A program made the translations under genes and the position numbers. A stretch of DNA of 64,000 nt from the human T2T-CHM13v2.0 reference genome, Homo sapiens: assembly GCF_009914755.1 (NCBI RefSeq), contig NC_060932.1; one strand, given 5' to 3'. The notes beneath the pieces were generated by a model. It did no database searches, was not told the DNA's origin, and worked only from the letters and a program-made list of their open reading frames with translations. Of the stretch, positions 42,953 through 56,600 are shown piece after piece. Within the stretch, counting starts at the first letter, position 1. Every line of letters begins with the position of its first letter.

Positions 42953-43339
42953 GTAAGTAAATGCCTTTTAATTTTCAAGTCATTTGGGGTGCTGAAATCA
43001 CTATTTCCTGACACGGGAAGTCACTGCTGCAAAAGAGGGCACCATGGAGCTGTGGTGCGTGTTCTGTGGGAGGCCCTGGATGGAAGGGCAGGGTGGTGAT
43101 CTGCTGCCGATGAAGCTTTTTAAAGGACTTCCCTCAGTTTTGTCTGGAGTTTGAGTTTTACTTTAAGAAACTCAGGTTGGGCGTCCTGATTAGCCACTTC
43201 TTCCATCCTGTCTTAGGTTAATTGGCATGACTGCTTTGTATATAATTGCTATGAGCAGCTTTTTACATATGTTGAATAGCCGTAATGAATTTTTAAACCT
43301 CTCACTTTGCGTCGTACACATTAAACCATATGTTATCTT

Positions 43340-44735
43340 TACAAATAAATGCCCAGAGGTGGGATTGCTGGATCACATGTCAGTTCAGCTTGTTTTTGGA
43401 GGAAACTCCACACTCTTTTCTATAGTGGCTATATTAATTTACATGCCACCAATCATGCACAAGTGTTCCTTTCTCTGCTTGCCAGTGTTTTATCTTTTGT
43501 CTTTTTGATAATAGCCATTCTAACAGGTGTGAGATGATATCTCACTGCAGTTTTAATTTGCATTTCCCTGATGATTAGAGATGTTCAGTATTTTTCAAGT
43601 ATCTGTTGGCCATTTTTCTGTCTTCTTTTGAGAAATATCTGTTCAGATCCTTTGCCCATTTTTAATGGGTTATTTGTTTTTTTCCTGTGGAGTTCAGTTC
43701 CTTATGGATTTTGAATATTAGTCCCTTAGCCAATGCATAGCTTGAATATAGTTTCTCCCAATCCATGGGTTCTTTCTTCCTTTTGTCAATTGTTTTCTTT
43801 ACTGTGCAGAAGCTTTTTAGTTTTGTGCAGTACCATTTATTTACTTTTGCTTTTGTTGCCTGTATTTTTGATGTCCTATCCAAGCGATCACTGCCCAGAT
43901 CCATGCTGCAAAGCATCTCCCCCACGAGCTTCCTTCCAGCGGCTTCGCAGTTTCAGGTCTTATGTTTAAGTCTTTTATCCAATTTGAGTTGATTTTTCCA
44001 TGTGGCATAAGTTAAAGCGCCAATTTCACTCTTCTGCATGTGGATATTCAGTGTTTCCAGCACCACTGATTAAAGAGACTGTCTTTCCCTATTGTGTCTT
44101 CTTGGCATCTTTGTTGAAAATCAATTGACCATCAATATTTAGTTTCATTTCTGGGCTCTTTATCCTGTTCCATTGGCCGATCTGTCTGTTCTAATGTCAG
44201 TGCCATGCTGTTTTGGTTTCTGTAACTATATATTTTGAAATCAGGAGTGCGATGCCTCCAGCTTTGTTCTTTTTCCTAAGGATTGTTTAGGCTATTAGAG
44301 GCTTTCCTAGTTGCATACGACTTTTAGGATTATTTTTCCTTTTTTTTTTTTTTTTTTTTTGAGACGGAGTCTTTCCCTGTTGCCAGGCTGTAGTGCAGTG
44401 GGTGAATCTCGGCTCACTGCAACCTCCATCTCCTGGGTTCAAGCGATTTTCCTACCTCAGTCTCCAGAGTAGCTGGGACTACAGGCACGCATCACCACAC
44501 CCAGCTAATTTTTTTGCATTTTTAGTAGAGATGGGGTTTCACCATGCTGGCCAGGATGGTCTCCATTTCCTGACATTGTGATCCGCCCGCCCGCCCACCG
44601 AGGCCTCCCTAAGTGCTGGGATTACATGCTTGAGCCACTGTGCCTGGACAAGGATTATTTTTCTATTTCTGTGAAAAACAACATCGAAATTTTGATAAGA
44701 ATTGCATTCAATCTTTAGATTGCTTTGGGTAGTAA
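43340..44735 (-). mobile_element. L1 ORF2 3' region fragment (L1M/L1PB-like) interrupted by an Alu
   Basis: Minus ORF 43662-43925 (ATKAKVNKWYCTKLKSFCTVK) resembles L1 ORF2; gatgcctccagctttgttctttt motif. Confidence 0.88.
44340..44650 (-). mobile_element. Alu (AluS-like)
   Basis: Poly-T plus dimer; TSD aggattatttttc. Confidence 0.92.
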
Positions 44736-45084
44736 AAATGTGGCTTTACTCTTATACTCATGAAATTATTTTGTGTTAAAATATCTCATAATGTGTCCAA
44801 GGGCCACTCATGGATAATAGAACTGACCAGAAGGTCTTGAAGAGTGAGTGTTTATAAGGAAAATGCAAAAAGCAGAGTCCTCACTGTGTGCTTGTCACCT
44901 CGAAGCAGAGATGCAGCGGCTGAGGGGACATGCACATTATGTTGGGAGTTGGATAGGGACAGAGGGGACAGGCCCAGAACTTCCCATATCAATAGGGAGC
45001 CTTTATTCTCATGGGAAACTGGACGCCATGGGCTGGAGTCTCTCCCTGACATATCAGAATGGAAGAAGTGGAAGGCATGTTGTC

Positions 45085-45330
45085 AACACACTCACACCCA
45101 CACACTCACATCCCCACACTCACACAGCAGTCACACACACACGATTTCCCACTCAGACATACACACACACTGACACACACCAGTGTACCCACACCCTACA
45201 CACTCACACACTCATACATGCACACACTTACATGTGAACTCACACACTGACACACACACTCATACACACACTTACTCATATGGGCACACACTTGTGTAGA
45301 CTCACACACTGATGCATACAGACTCATACA
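45085..45330. repeat. (CA)n-rich degenerate microsatellite
   Basis: cacactcacac pattern. Confidence 0.9.
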
Positions 45331-45335
45331 CAGGA

Positions 45336-45760
45336 GCCCTGGGAGGCTGGGGGAGCATTGGGGGAGGCTGATACAGGCTGGGGAAGCACCGGGAGAGGCT
45401 GATGGAGGCTGGGGGAGCACTGAGGGAGGCTGATGGAGGCTGGGTGAGCACTGGGGGAGGCTGATAGAGGCTGGAGGACCACTGGGGGAGGATGGGGGAG
45501 TACTAGGAGAGGCTGATGGAGGCTGGGGGAGCACTGGGGGAGGCTGATAAAGTCTGGGGGAGCACTGGGAGAGGTTGATAGAGGCTGGAGGAGCACTGGG
45601 GGATGCTGAGGGAGCATTGAGAGAGGCTGATGGAGGCTGGGGGAGCACTGGGGGAGGCAGATAGAGGCTGGAGGAGCACTGGGGGAGGATGGGGAAGCAC
45701 TGAGAGAGGCTGACGGAGGCTGGGGGAGCACTGGGAGAGGCTGATAGAGGCTGGGGGAGC
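45336..45760. repeat. G-rich 31-bp minisatellite, about 13-14 units
   Basis: Unit GGCTGGGGGAGCACTGGGGGAGGCTGATRGA. Confidence 0.93.
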
Positions 45761-46298
45761 TGCTTCTGGTCTGTGTGCTTTGCTCTCAGGCTGCTCCGAC
45801 CCTCCCGTGTTCTGCCTGGTTAGGGTGGTGTTGGTCTCATGAGTCAGTGTCAGGGAATTTGAGCAGAGGGAAGGGGGGTCGGGTGGGGGAATATGGCTCT
45901 GCAGTGTGTTGACTTCACCCAGTTCCCAAGCTCTTTTTCAAGTTGTGATTCCTTGAAGGGTGAACTCCTGTCTCCGAGTAGAGGAAACAGAGTCCCACCT
46001 GACTGGGGAGGGGAGATGGTGGTCAGGGATCTCTGCCTTACAGATTTTCAATAACCCTCCTGTCTGCAGCCGGCCCAGATGCAGGGACCCTCCAAGTCCT
46101 GAGCTCACTCGGTTCCCTGCGCACTTTTTGGCTTTCTTAGCCCCGCACAGTTCCCTAGACCTCATGCCCCTCCCTCCACCTCCAGAAGCTCTGGGGATGG
46201 GCTCAAATTCTGTCATTTCCTCCCCTGTTGTCCCTCAGGTTCCTGGGTGGTTTCCTCCTTTGCAGTGGACTAGCGGGGTTTAGGGAGGTGTGGAAGTC

Positions 46299-46538
46299 CA
46301 GGCAGGCAGTACCTCGGCGTGACGCGGTGACGCAGCCGCAGGCAGGCAGTACCTCGGCGTGACGCGGTGACGCAGCCGCAGGCAGGCAGTACCTCGGCGT
46401 GACGCGGTGACGCAGCCGCAGGCAGGCAGTACCTCGGCGTGACGCGGTGACGCAGCCGCAGGCAGGCAGTACCTCGGCGTGACGCGGTGGCGCAGCCGCA
46501 GGCAGGCAGTACCTCGGCGTGACGCCATGACGCAGCCG
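46299..46538. repeat. 40-bp CpG-rich VNTR, 6 copies
   Basis: CAGGCAGGCAGTACCTCGGCGTGACGCGGTGACGCAGCCG; copies 1-4 identical, 5-6 variant. Confidence 0.98.
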
Positions 46539-47860
46539 GAGAGAGCTTCACGCACACCATCTCTTCGTTCTTCCTCAACTCTGTCACGGAGGGGGCCTTT
46601 GTTTATTTATTTTTGGTTGGTGCTCTTTCTTTCCTCATGTGTATTTAAGGATAAAAGGAAAACAAAGAGCTTCACCATCATAACAGTTTCTATTTTGGTT
46701 TCTATTTCTTTACATAGTCGGAGTCACAAATACCGTTCATGTTGTTTTTTTCCCCCACATATTTTATAATTTTCTTTGTTTTATATAGATGTTATATTAA
46801 CATTCACTTTAAAAAATAATTACTTATTATTTCATGGAACCACATATCATGGTTTAAGCTCTTTTCTATAGAGAAATTAATGAGTTTCCATTATTTTAAA
46901 TAATTGTACAATGCACACCTTTGGGCAAGCAAAGGCTCTTTCAGGATTTAGGAATATGTTCTTTGAACTCCTAGAAGCACAATAACTATGTAAAAACTAA
47001 AAGTAATTTTAAGATTCATAATATAAATTTCAAGTTGCTTCCCAAAATGAAAAATTACTATTTAAAATGCCTCTTTGTTACACTATCCTCCACAACAGTT
47101 GGTGATCATCTTATTTTCCATTATCTGTGCTAATTATGTAAATCTAGTTTTCTAGGTAACTGTATGTGAATGTAAATTTCCAAGGCTGAATATCTGATAA
47201 CAATCTCTACTTCCAGTTCAGAGCTTCTGCCTTCATCAGTGCTACTTCCTTATCTTCTCCTTTCTGACCTCTGACCCATAGATCATCTACCTCAAGCGAA
47301 TTAGTCTTCATTTTTATTCCAAGTACACTGTGTGTGTTCTCGTTTATTGCATTTTCTTATTGCCCCTGGGGTTTCTTCTGCTTTCCTTCCTCTGACCCAA
47401 GTTTCATTTGTCTTGAAGAACCAGCCGAGGTGCTCCCATCTGCTTGACTCCCACCTGAAAGAGTCCTGCTAAATCTTAACGTCCCTTTTGCAGATTTTCT
47501 ACGATAGTTCAGCTTGGGGTTAACTCACGTAGCATTTGCCATGCACTGTTGTTATTTTGCCTCCTTTTCTTAAGCAAAGCTGCTGAGGGGCAGATGTTGA
47601 ATCTTTTTAGACAGTTCTATATCTTTTACAGTATTCTGCAAAGAGCTTTTCAGATAATTCTAGCATGGTAAGAGCTTGTTTAATGAATGGAGACAGCATG
47701 GGAATAAAGTATAAGAATTTGTGGCTGGCCGACTTTATGAGAGACACAAGTGAGAACAGGATTGCAGGTGGGGACAGGAGGGCTTGCCGCCGCGATGCTT
47801 TCTGTGATCACACAGCAGGCACTCCTTTTCCTAGATCTGAGGATGTTTTATTTTCTGCAG

Positions 47861-47966
47861 GGAAATCTGCTTCGCCACTGAAGGTACTCTGCACCCCAGA
47901 AGGAATACGACTTCAGTGTTTCATGAAGTATTTTACAGACGAAATGAAAGTGAACTGGTGTCACAA
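47861..47966 (+). CDS. MYOM2: Exon S, Ig My12 part 1 (GKSASPLKV...VNWCH)
   Basis: ttctgcag|GG, CAA|gtaagt; 106 nt, phase 1-2. Confidence 0.95.
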
Positions 47967-48790
47967 GTAAGTATGACAGCAGCCGATGGAGGCCATGCCA
48001 TAGATGGGGCTGTCCAGGGCGCACAGCTGGGACCAGGCGCTCCCTGGGGAACATCAAGGCACTGCCATTTCCCCTCAAAATTTTATAATTTTGAGCAATG
48101 ATGACAACCTTTAGCTCAGGGAAGGGGGCCCTCACGGCAGTGGGGAGGACGTGGAAGAAGGAGGCAGAGGAGAAATGCCTGATAGTGTTACAGACAAATT
48201 TCTCTAGTGTCTCAGTCACCAAAGGTGGCTTTACTGGTAACACAGATTTTCTCTGGAAGCGAACAGAGAGCTGAAGCAGAACTAATAAATAATTTGTAGA
48301 AACCAGACTCCAAATTTCCAGTCAGTTGGTTTCCCGCTAGACTTGATTAAAAGTACCAAAACAAGCCCAATCATTAAAATTAAAAACAGAAGAAAACAAG
48401 ACCAAGCCTGAAGACACAGCAAGGTTTTCTGTATTTCATGCTTCTCTGGGTCGGTACGGATCACTGAGAAAACTACCAGAGACTTCTCATGCAACCCATA
48501 GCACTGGGCAGGTCCCTGCTGCCCTGCCTCTGGGTTCTGGCTACTTCCCAGGCAAAGCACAAGCCGACATCTGAAACAACCAGGCAAACTGCTGGCTGAA
48601 TCGAGGAGTCCCCAAAACAGGACTCGCATCAGGGTCACCAACCCCTATAGATATCACCGCAGATAAAAGTGGACTTCAGGTGGGTGGGAAGGACAGACAG
48701 AGCAGGGACGGTGGCTTTTTAACGATCTCTTCGCTATCCAAAGGATGACGTGTTCAGGCCAATTATTTGATGGTGTCAAGGCACCCAGAT

Positions 48791-49190
48791 GTTAACGCCC
48801 GTCAGTACACTGTACCCAGGGCGCCCACACCCCGCCTTTAGTTAACGCCCCTCAGTACGCTATACCCAGGGCGTCCCCACCGCGCCTTTAGTGAACACCC
48901 CTCACTACGCTCTACCCAGGGCGCCCACACCCCGCCTTTAGTTAACGCCCGTCAGTACCGTATACCCAGGGCGCCCACACCCCGCCTTTAGTTAACGCCC
49001 GTCAGTACCCTATACCCAGGGCGCCCACACCCCGCCTTTAGTTAACGCCCCTCACTACGCTATACCCAGGGCGCCCACACCCCGCCTTTAGTTAACGCCC
49101 CTCACTACGCTATACCCAGGGTGCCCACACCCCGCCTTTAGTTAACGCCCATCAGTACGCTATACCCAGGGCGCCCACACCCTGCCTTTA
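48791..49190. repeat. 50-bp VNTR, 8 copies
   Basis: GTTAACGCCCCTCAGTACGCTATACCCAGGGCGCCCACACCCCGCCTTTA, no indels. Confidence 0.98.
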
Positions 49191-49929
49191 GATATCATAG
49201 TTACCTAATGAATATTTCCAAAGGAAAATCAATGGTTATGACTATTTCACTTTTAATATCACTGGTTTGCTTAGGTGACTGTAAGTAAATTGAAGAGTTG
49301 AAAGCATGTATGTTCTTAGCTTTTTTCCTATTTCAATTTTGACATAGTGTGCTTTTTTCTTATAATGGAGTCAGTACATCTGTGCTTGGAATCTCTCACG
49401 TCTTTAATTTTACTAGCCTGGTTTATTCAAACTCAAATGGAGTCACTGTAGATCCCATGTTAAGGGATTTGTTAGGAAAGTGTATTGAAGGCAGGGTCTT
49501 TTTTTAAAGGACTGTGATAACAGGAGCTTACAGGACTAGAACTCTGGTGAGTTTTGTGATATAATTGTTTATCGGGATTTATTTTGTGGGACAATGAGTA
49601 AATCTATGTTTCTAGCTGAATCAAACCTTCCCCTGGAAAAGGAGAATTAATCATCAGCATCTTTGAGCTTCCTTCTTATTTACAGCATATTGTCTTGCTG
49701 TAAGTTGTACACACTTGCAATGTGTGTCCTGCCATCCGTCATAAACACGTTCATCTTCTGGGAAAGGCCACCCCCCTCTTCAGCCTTGTGTGGTTTGTAG
49801 TACAGGCCATGCGCTGTGCTGGGTCTGGGGGGTACAGAGATTAAACACACACCCACACACAGGATTAAACACACGCCCTGTGGATGTGTGTGACCACACA
49901 GGAAGTGTGTGTAGATGTAGGTCATGTTA

Positions 49930-50140
49930 GTGTTAGCAAGCAGGTACTTTGTGTTACACGTTCAACACATGTTATTTTTATCTAATCCTCACAAATACCC
50001 TGTGAGTTAGGTATTTATACCCACATTTTATAGATGTGGAAACTGGGGTTCAGGGAGAGAAACATGTCATTTTGTCAGTCACGCCCCTACTAAGTGAAAG
50101 AGCAGGGATTTGAACGCTGGCTGGTCTGGTTCTCATCAGT
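49930..50140 (-). mobile_element. MIR fragment
   Basis: taatcctcacaaataccctgtgagttagg...cccacattttatagatgtggaaactggggttcag. Confidence 0.75.
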
Positions 50141-50222
50141 GCTCTCCCGAGAAGCTCCAAGCCCAGTGAAGAGGGTGGGTCCTAGATAGGCAGGCAGATC
50201 GGGGCACAGCTCATGCATCTGA

Positions 50223-50677
<455 letters not shown>

Positions 50678-51307
50678 ATAGGCATTTCTTTAACACCTTT
50701 ATAACTAAACTATAAGACCTTAACTTCTTACTATTTGACTATTAAACAACATGAAACTATATTAGGTAGTCATCATGTATGATTGTAATTCACTTCTTGA
50801 TGACTAAATGCGTTCTTATTAGATAGCAACTGGAAAAAAAGAATAATAAGAAAATTAGTTGGAAAATTTGTTGCAATATACTTTAGCCATTTGAGGCTAA
50901 ATAATCCACTTCACAAAACCTATGAAGCCAGGGAGTGGAGCTGCCAAAGACTGGTGCTGTGGGTCCTGGAATATTTTGTGTTAATGGGTGACATGGAATC
51001 AATAGAGTGCTATGAGAATTTTGTGAAATGCGGACGTAAGCAAAGACAATTGTTCTTTAGTTAAAAATGCTGAGTAATACATCAGAGGCTATAGAACATG
51101 TCACTTTAAGGGAATGTTAGAAACTTATTCAGCGTGAGTTAGAAGCAGGCAAAGAGGAATTCAGTAAAAATGTTCTTAAGAGAAAAGGTTTTGTTCTCTT
51201 ACTGAAAGGTGAGATTAATATATCATCTAGACATGGCTAGATCTCAAAGTCTGAACATATTGACCACTGAAGTCTTGGAAGTATCTCAGAAACTAAAGAA
51301 ATTGCAG

Positions 51308-51455
51308 TCTCTCTTTCTCTCTCTCTCTCTCTTTTTTTGAGACAGAGTCTTGCTCTGTCACCCGGGCTGGAGAGCAGTGGTGCCATTCTAGCTCACTGTA
51401 GCCCTGATCTCCTGGGATCAAGGAATCCTCTTGCCTTGGCCACCTCACATGCCTC
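51308..51455 (-). mobile_element. Partial Alu with (CT)n tail
   Basis: gagacagagtcttgctctgtcacccgggctgg. Confidence 0.8.
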
Positions 51456-52150
51456 ACAGTGTCTTTATGGCATACAAAGAAGTGCATGCTTCAAACTCCA
51501 AATGTGTATTTTAATTCATTTCAGGAGATTTCACACGCAGAGTCTGACTTTGTAAATGCTCTCCTAAAATCTCAGCTAACTCTTGAACTAACTGGGAGGA
51601 GAGGTGGCTGCCTGACACCCCAGACACCTTCCCCGGCACATCTTCGTCCTTATGTCCACAGGGTGGGAGGGGCAGTGGCTGGCCATGTCTACAGTGGGAA
51701 GGGCTGGGGCGGTGACGGGACGTTCCCTTTGTCCTGGTCGTGGCTTTAGCCGATGTGTGTTGTGCCTTGCGGTCCTGGCCTGTGACAGCTGCAGGGGTGG
51801 GAGCTCCAGGTATGTGCAGTCCCCTCTCAGAAAGCACAGGGTGTTTCCAGTTCTCTGCATGTGTTCTGATGTTCACTATTTAGACAGCAGTAGCAAAAGG
51901 CTGCTGGGTATGTTAAGGTCCCCTCAGGCTGTCCCATCTTGTGGGGCTCTTCCCAAAGGAGGTCTGCATTCCTCAACACTGTCCTCTCCAGCCTAGAAGC
52001 AAATATTTCCTAGCTTTTGGGAATTTCTCCCTTTTATCTACATTTCCCTTCAAAAGGGGAGCAAGATCTAGGTGGAGTTGACTTGAATTTTGGACCACAC
52101 TGAGAAGAGCTCAGACACCACAGCGCTATTGAAACCTTCAGTGGACTTGA

Positions 52151-52504
<354 letters not shown>

Positions 52505-52609
52505 TGATCTCAGACTTAGTTTTTAGATTTTTACACTTGTGTTACTTCCAGCCATTTATTTTATTGTATATAATATTCAGTTACAAATTTATAATATTTC
52601 TAAATCGTT

Positions 52610-53600
52610 CACTGTGAAATAATTTTAGACTCATAGAAAAGTTGAGAAGAAAGTAAGGAGTTCCCTTACATCCTCCACCCTCTTCCCCTGAGGTTAACGT
52701 CTTCTGTAGCCACCTCCACCCTCTTCCCCTGAGGTTAACGCCTTGTGTAGCCACCTCCACCGTCTTCCCCTGAGGTTAGTGTATTGTGTACCCACCTTAT
52801 AACCATCAAAACCAGGCGCTGAATGATGATGTAATACTATTAACTCTGCTACAGACCAATTCAGATTGCACCTTTTTTTCCAGGAACGCCCTTTTGCATG
52901 TTCCTGTGTTGAATCTCAGGTCCCATGTTGTGATTAGGTGTCCTGGCTCCTGGTTTCCCCCCTGTCTAGGACAGTTCTTCAGGCTCTCCTCGTCTCTCTC
53001 GGCCTGGGTGCCTTGAAGCCTTCTGTCAGTCACTCGGAAGCACGCCCCTCTGTCTGGGTTTATCTGGTGTTTCCCATGATTGGGTTGGTGACTCCGTTTT
53101 AGCTGGAATACAACAAAAGCCATGCTGATACCTGATCACTGGGTTAAGGCAATGTCTGCCCCGTCTCTTCCTGGGAACGTTATTATTTTTCTCTTGGTAA
53201 TTAGTAAATACTTCAGGACTTGGCAAGTCTCTTGTCCCTCCGCAGACCTGTGTGCTGGGATTTGAGGTTCAGCAGTGAATCTGGCCTTCAGCACTGATTT
53301 CTGAGGGGCTGAAGTTCCCTTTTCCTTTTACATTTGTTCTGCTGGGAGGCGCTGGCCTCTCCTCTGTGCATCTCCTCATTCAGCTGCTTGGCTGTATCCG
53401 TTTGGACTCAGGGATGCTGACTTTGTTCTGTGAGCTGTTACTTTGCTCAAATTGTTCCAGCTCTGGCCCTTGGGAGCTCCTTCCGGTTGTCGCCTGCTTT
53501 TTCCAGTGTGTGTGCCTGCATCTTCTTAGGAGCAATGCCTTATTTTCTGGGCCCGTAAAACATTCCCAACTCATCTCATATCTTCTGCCCCATTGCTACA
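52610..53600 (-). mobile_element. Old L1 3' end fragments (L1MC/ME-like)
   Basis: tgaaataattttagactcatagaaaagttg; ctcaaattgttccagctctggcc motifs; boundaries uncertain. Confidence 0.5.
52672..52778. repeat. 41-bp tandem repeat, about 2.6 copies
   Basis: cctccaccctcttcccctgaggttaacg at 52672, 52713, 52754. Confidence 0.9.
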
Positions 53601-56600
53601 ATCCCAGAAGTCCTGGCTCCTGGACAAAGGTTGGCATCAGAGACTATCGATGTCTCAGGGAGCCGCGGGTCTTACATGCTCTGGAGACAGGACTGGGTGA
53701 TGTGTGAGTGCACACGGAGGCACACACTCGCTCATCCGTGTCCACTTCTGCATCTCACCGTCTGTGTACTAGAATCTGATTGGATCCCAGCCCAACTCCA
53801 CAGCCTTCATTCAAGCCTTGTTCCTTTCCTGAGCTGTAAAGCCTGGCTCTCACCTACTGTTGTTGTTGTTTTTTGTTTTGTTTTGTTTTCAGTCCTAGTA
53901 TTTACATCAAGCAGTTTCAGAATTAGTAACTCATATCTCTGTGAGAAACAAATGTGCATACTAGAGTTCAGTGTTTCCTACAATTAATTCCTTTCATCTT
54001 TAGCCATACAGTATCAAATCAAAATATTGCTTTCCAAAGTTACTTTATGTCTTTACGTTCTGGGTGGTAAGCAATTCATTTGCAACATAGTTATGTTCAT
54101 TTGTTACTGTTCGTATTTTGTTTTGGGTTCCCCTTGCTTTCAGGTTGGTGTTCCTCATTTGTTTTGGGAAATGTGAAAGGCAGTGTGGTTGTAAGAGTCT
54201 GAGCTACAGAACTGGAGCCCAGACCTTCTCTCCTCCTCCCTGCTCACCTGCCCCCGCCCCTTACCTGTCTCCTTCCTACCTACCCCGTCACAGTTGACCA
54301 TCCTGCTGGTTGCTTTAGCACGAAGGAGCAGAAACGTGTGCTTTCTTCTATCCTCCACTGTCTTATATTAATGTGAACCATTTTAACTTTAGTTTGGAAT
54401 GAAGGAATTTGGTCATGTTTTGTAATCAAGTAATACGAAGAAGAGGTTTTGTCATATTTGGCCCATTTATGTCTCTAAACAACAATAATAATAATTTTAA
54501 TATCCCTATATGTCCAAGTCATTGTCTAGGTAAGGCAACAGTTATAATTAATTCAGCGACTAGATAGTCAAAGAAATTAACAGCTATTTTTGAGCACTAG
54601 GACGTGTTTGGCCCTCTTATAAGTTGCTCATTCAGGGGAAGCCAAATGAGTGGGCGTGGGGTCTAGGGTGAGACCCTGAAGCTGGGAGTGGGAAGCTGGA
54701 AACCAGCATTTGCCCTCAAGGTGAGCAGCCAGGGTTGCAGACGCAGGGACAGCGGGAGCCTCTGCTGGAAGCTCTGCTAATGGCTGTCCATGTTCTGTGA
54801 GTGGCTTTGTCTGAGTCGTATCGAGGGAACAGAATTAGAACCCAGTCCAAGAGAAGTGTGTGTGATGCAAGAGAACCTGGGGTCAGAACGCCAACATGGG
54901 CAGCTCGAGGCTGGGATTGGGGTTGAAGGTGGCTGCTGATCCCCGGCTCATGGCTACCTTTGTGCAGCTGCAGCCCAGGGAAGGGTAGCGTCCCAGCTGC
55001 AGGCTGTGGGGTCCTGGCTCAGGGCATCTTGCATGCATGCATGTGTTTACCCTGATCCCAGGGTGGCAGCGGAGGCCGCAGCTGTGACGGAGGTGGGGCC
55101 AGAAGCATGTGGGGTGCCAGAAGTGCACCAAGTGGGCCAGTGTGTGATTTGGTGTCCAGTGGACACCATTCCTTCATTACAGTGGTTTTTACCCTTCGTC
55201 ACTGGCTGAGATTTGGGTTCAAGTGTTCTTCCCCCAGATTGTGTGGCTGTTGTAAAGAATCTCTCGCTGAAGTAGAGGGTCACTTTTTAAAAGTGAAACT
55301 TGAATGATAAGTCACTCCAAAGGCCTAGGGCCGTCAGCATGAGGCCAGTGAAGCAATTGTGTGCAGTGGGGCCCTTATCTCCACTGCTGCCCAGCCGGTG
55401 TGTCCAATTACACCAAAGTCAGGAGGCCGGTGGGACACATTTACAGCTATTTTATGAATGATCGCGTGAAGGTGTACCTTTTTCCCTTGTCACCTATATC
55501 AAAATAAAATTATGTTTCTTTTTCTGTAAGCAAGTTGCTAATTGTGTGAGTAGAATGGATCACCACTGGAATGGAACGTAGTCCAGCAGAACATAAACGC
55601 CGCAAAGGCTAAAACGCTGCCACTTCATGAAGCATTTGCAGCGCAACTTTCGTGGCCCAGTGAATTTCACCTGTTGGACAAAGCTGTGGCTGATACGGTG
55701 GAAACTCCACTAGCTTTTCTTCATGGCTCTAAGTCTAAACAGTGAGATTTTGGGGCTGTTTGCAATTTTACCCCACGGAAGAATTTCTAGTCTCTCTCTC
55801 TTTCTCACACACACACATATACACACACAGAGCAGAGGTTTGAACATCTTCGTCTATACATCTAGGATGCAATAGTTTTGGCACATAATTTAGCTCTTTG
55901 AAGAAGACACATTTGAGTTAATGGTGATCAAGAAAACATTGTCTTCTCCCTAACACCCACGTGATGTGTGGGAGGATGAGCTCACACAGGGTGATGAGCT
56001 CACACAGGGTGGCAGCGATTGTTGCGTCCTCTTGGTGAGACTGACCAGCGACAGCACGAACAGAGCATTTCGTGCAGGATGCAAGACACCAGGCATGACA
56101 AAAATCGTCCCCTTCTTCGCAAGCGGGGAGCTCATCACAAATCCCCAAGCAGTATCCAGGCTTTGCAGGGCAGGGAAGCAGGGTGGGGCCAGGCAGGACT
56201 GAGGGCCTTACTGATGTGTGGAGGTTCAGGCTGGAATCCTGTCCCACGGGTCTGTGTGTGTGCAGGAAGCACACATAGCCAAGTTGGCTGTGCCTGGTTG
56301 TGTGTGTGTGTGTGTGCATTTGTTTGAACTTTGACCCTCATCAGTTCCAACAAGAGAGGGTGACAAGATGACTAAGGCCTATCAGTGTTGGCAAAACAAG
56401 TTTTTCTGACTCTCAACAGAAGAGTTCCACATGCTTGTGGAACCCTGTTTCCTTGGATGGGGTACATTTAGTCAATAAACGATTACAGTGGGCCCAGTTC
56501 CCCACTGATCTGCAATTTCTGATTTGCTGATTGGTCTGTAAAGTGTCCAGTTGTAAGTGCATCCAGGGGGATAAAGAAGTCTTTCTTAATCAAGCTGTGA

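Noticed and set aside
45196-45731. Pro/Ser-rich minus-strand ORFs
   Set aside because: Translation of the G-rich minisatellite
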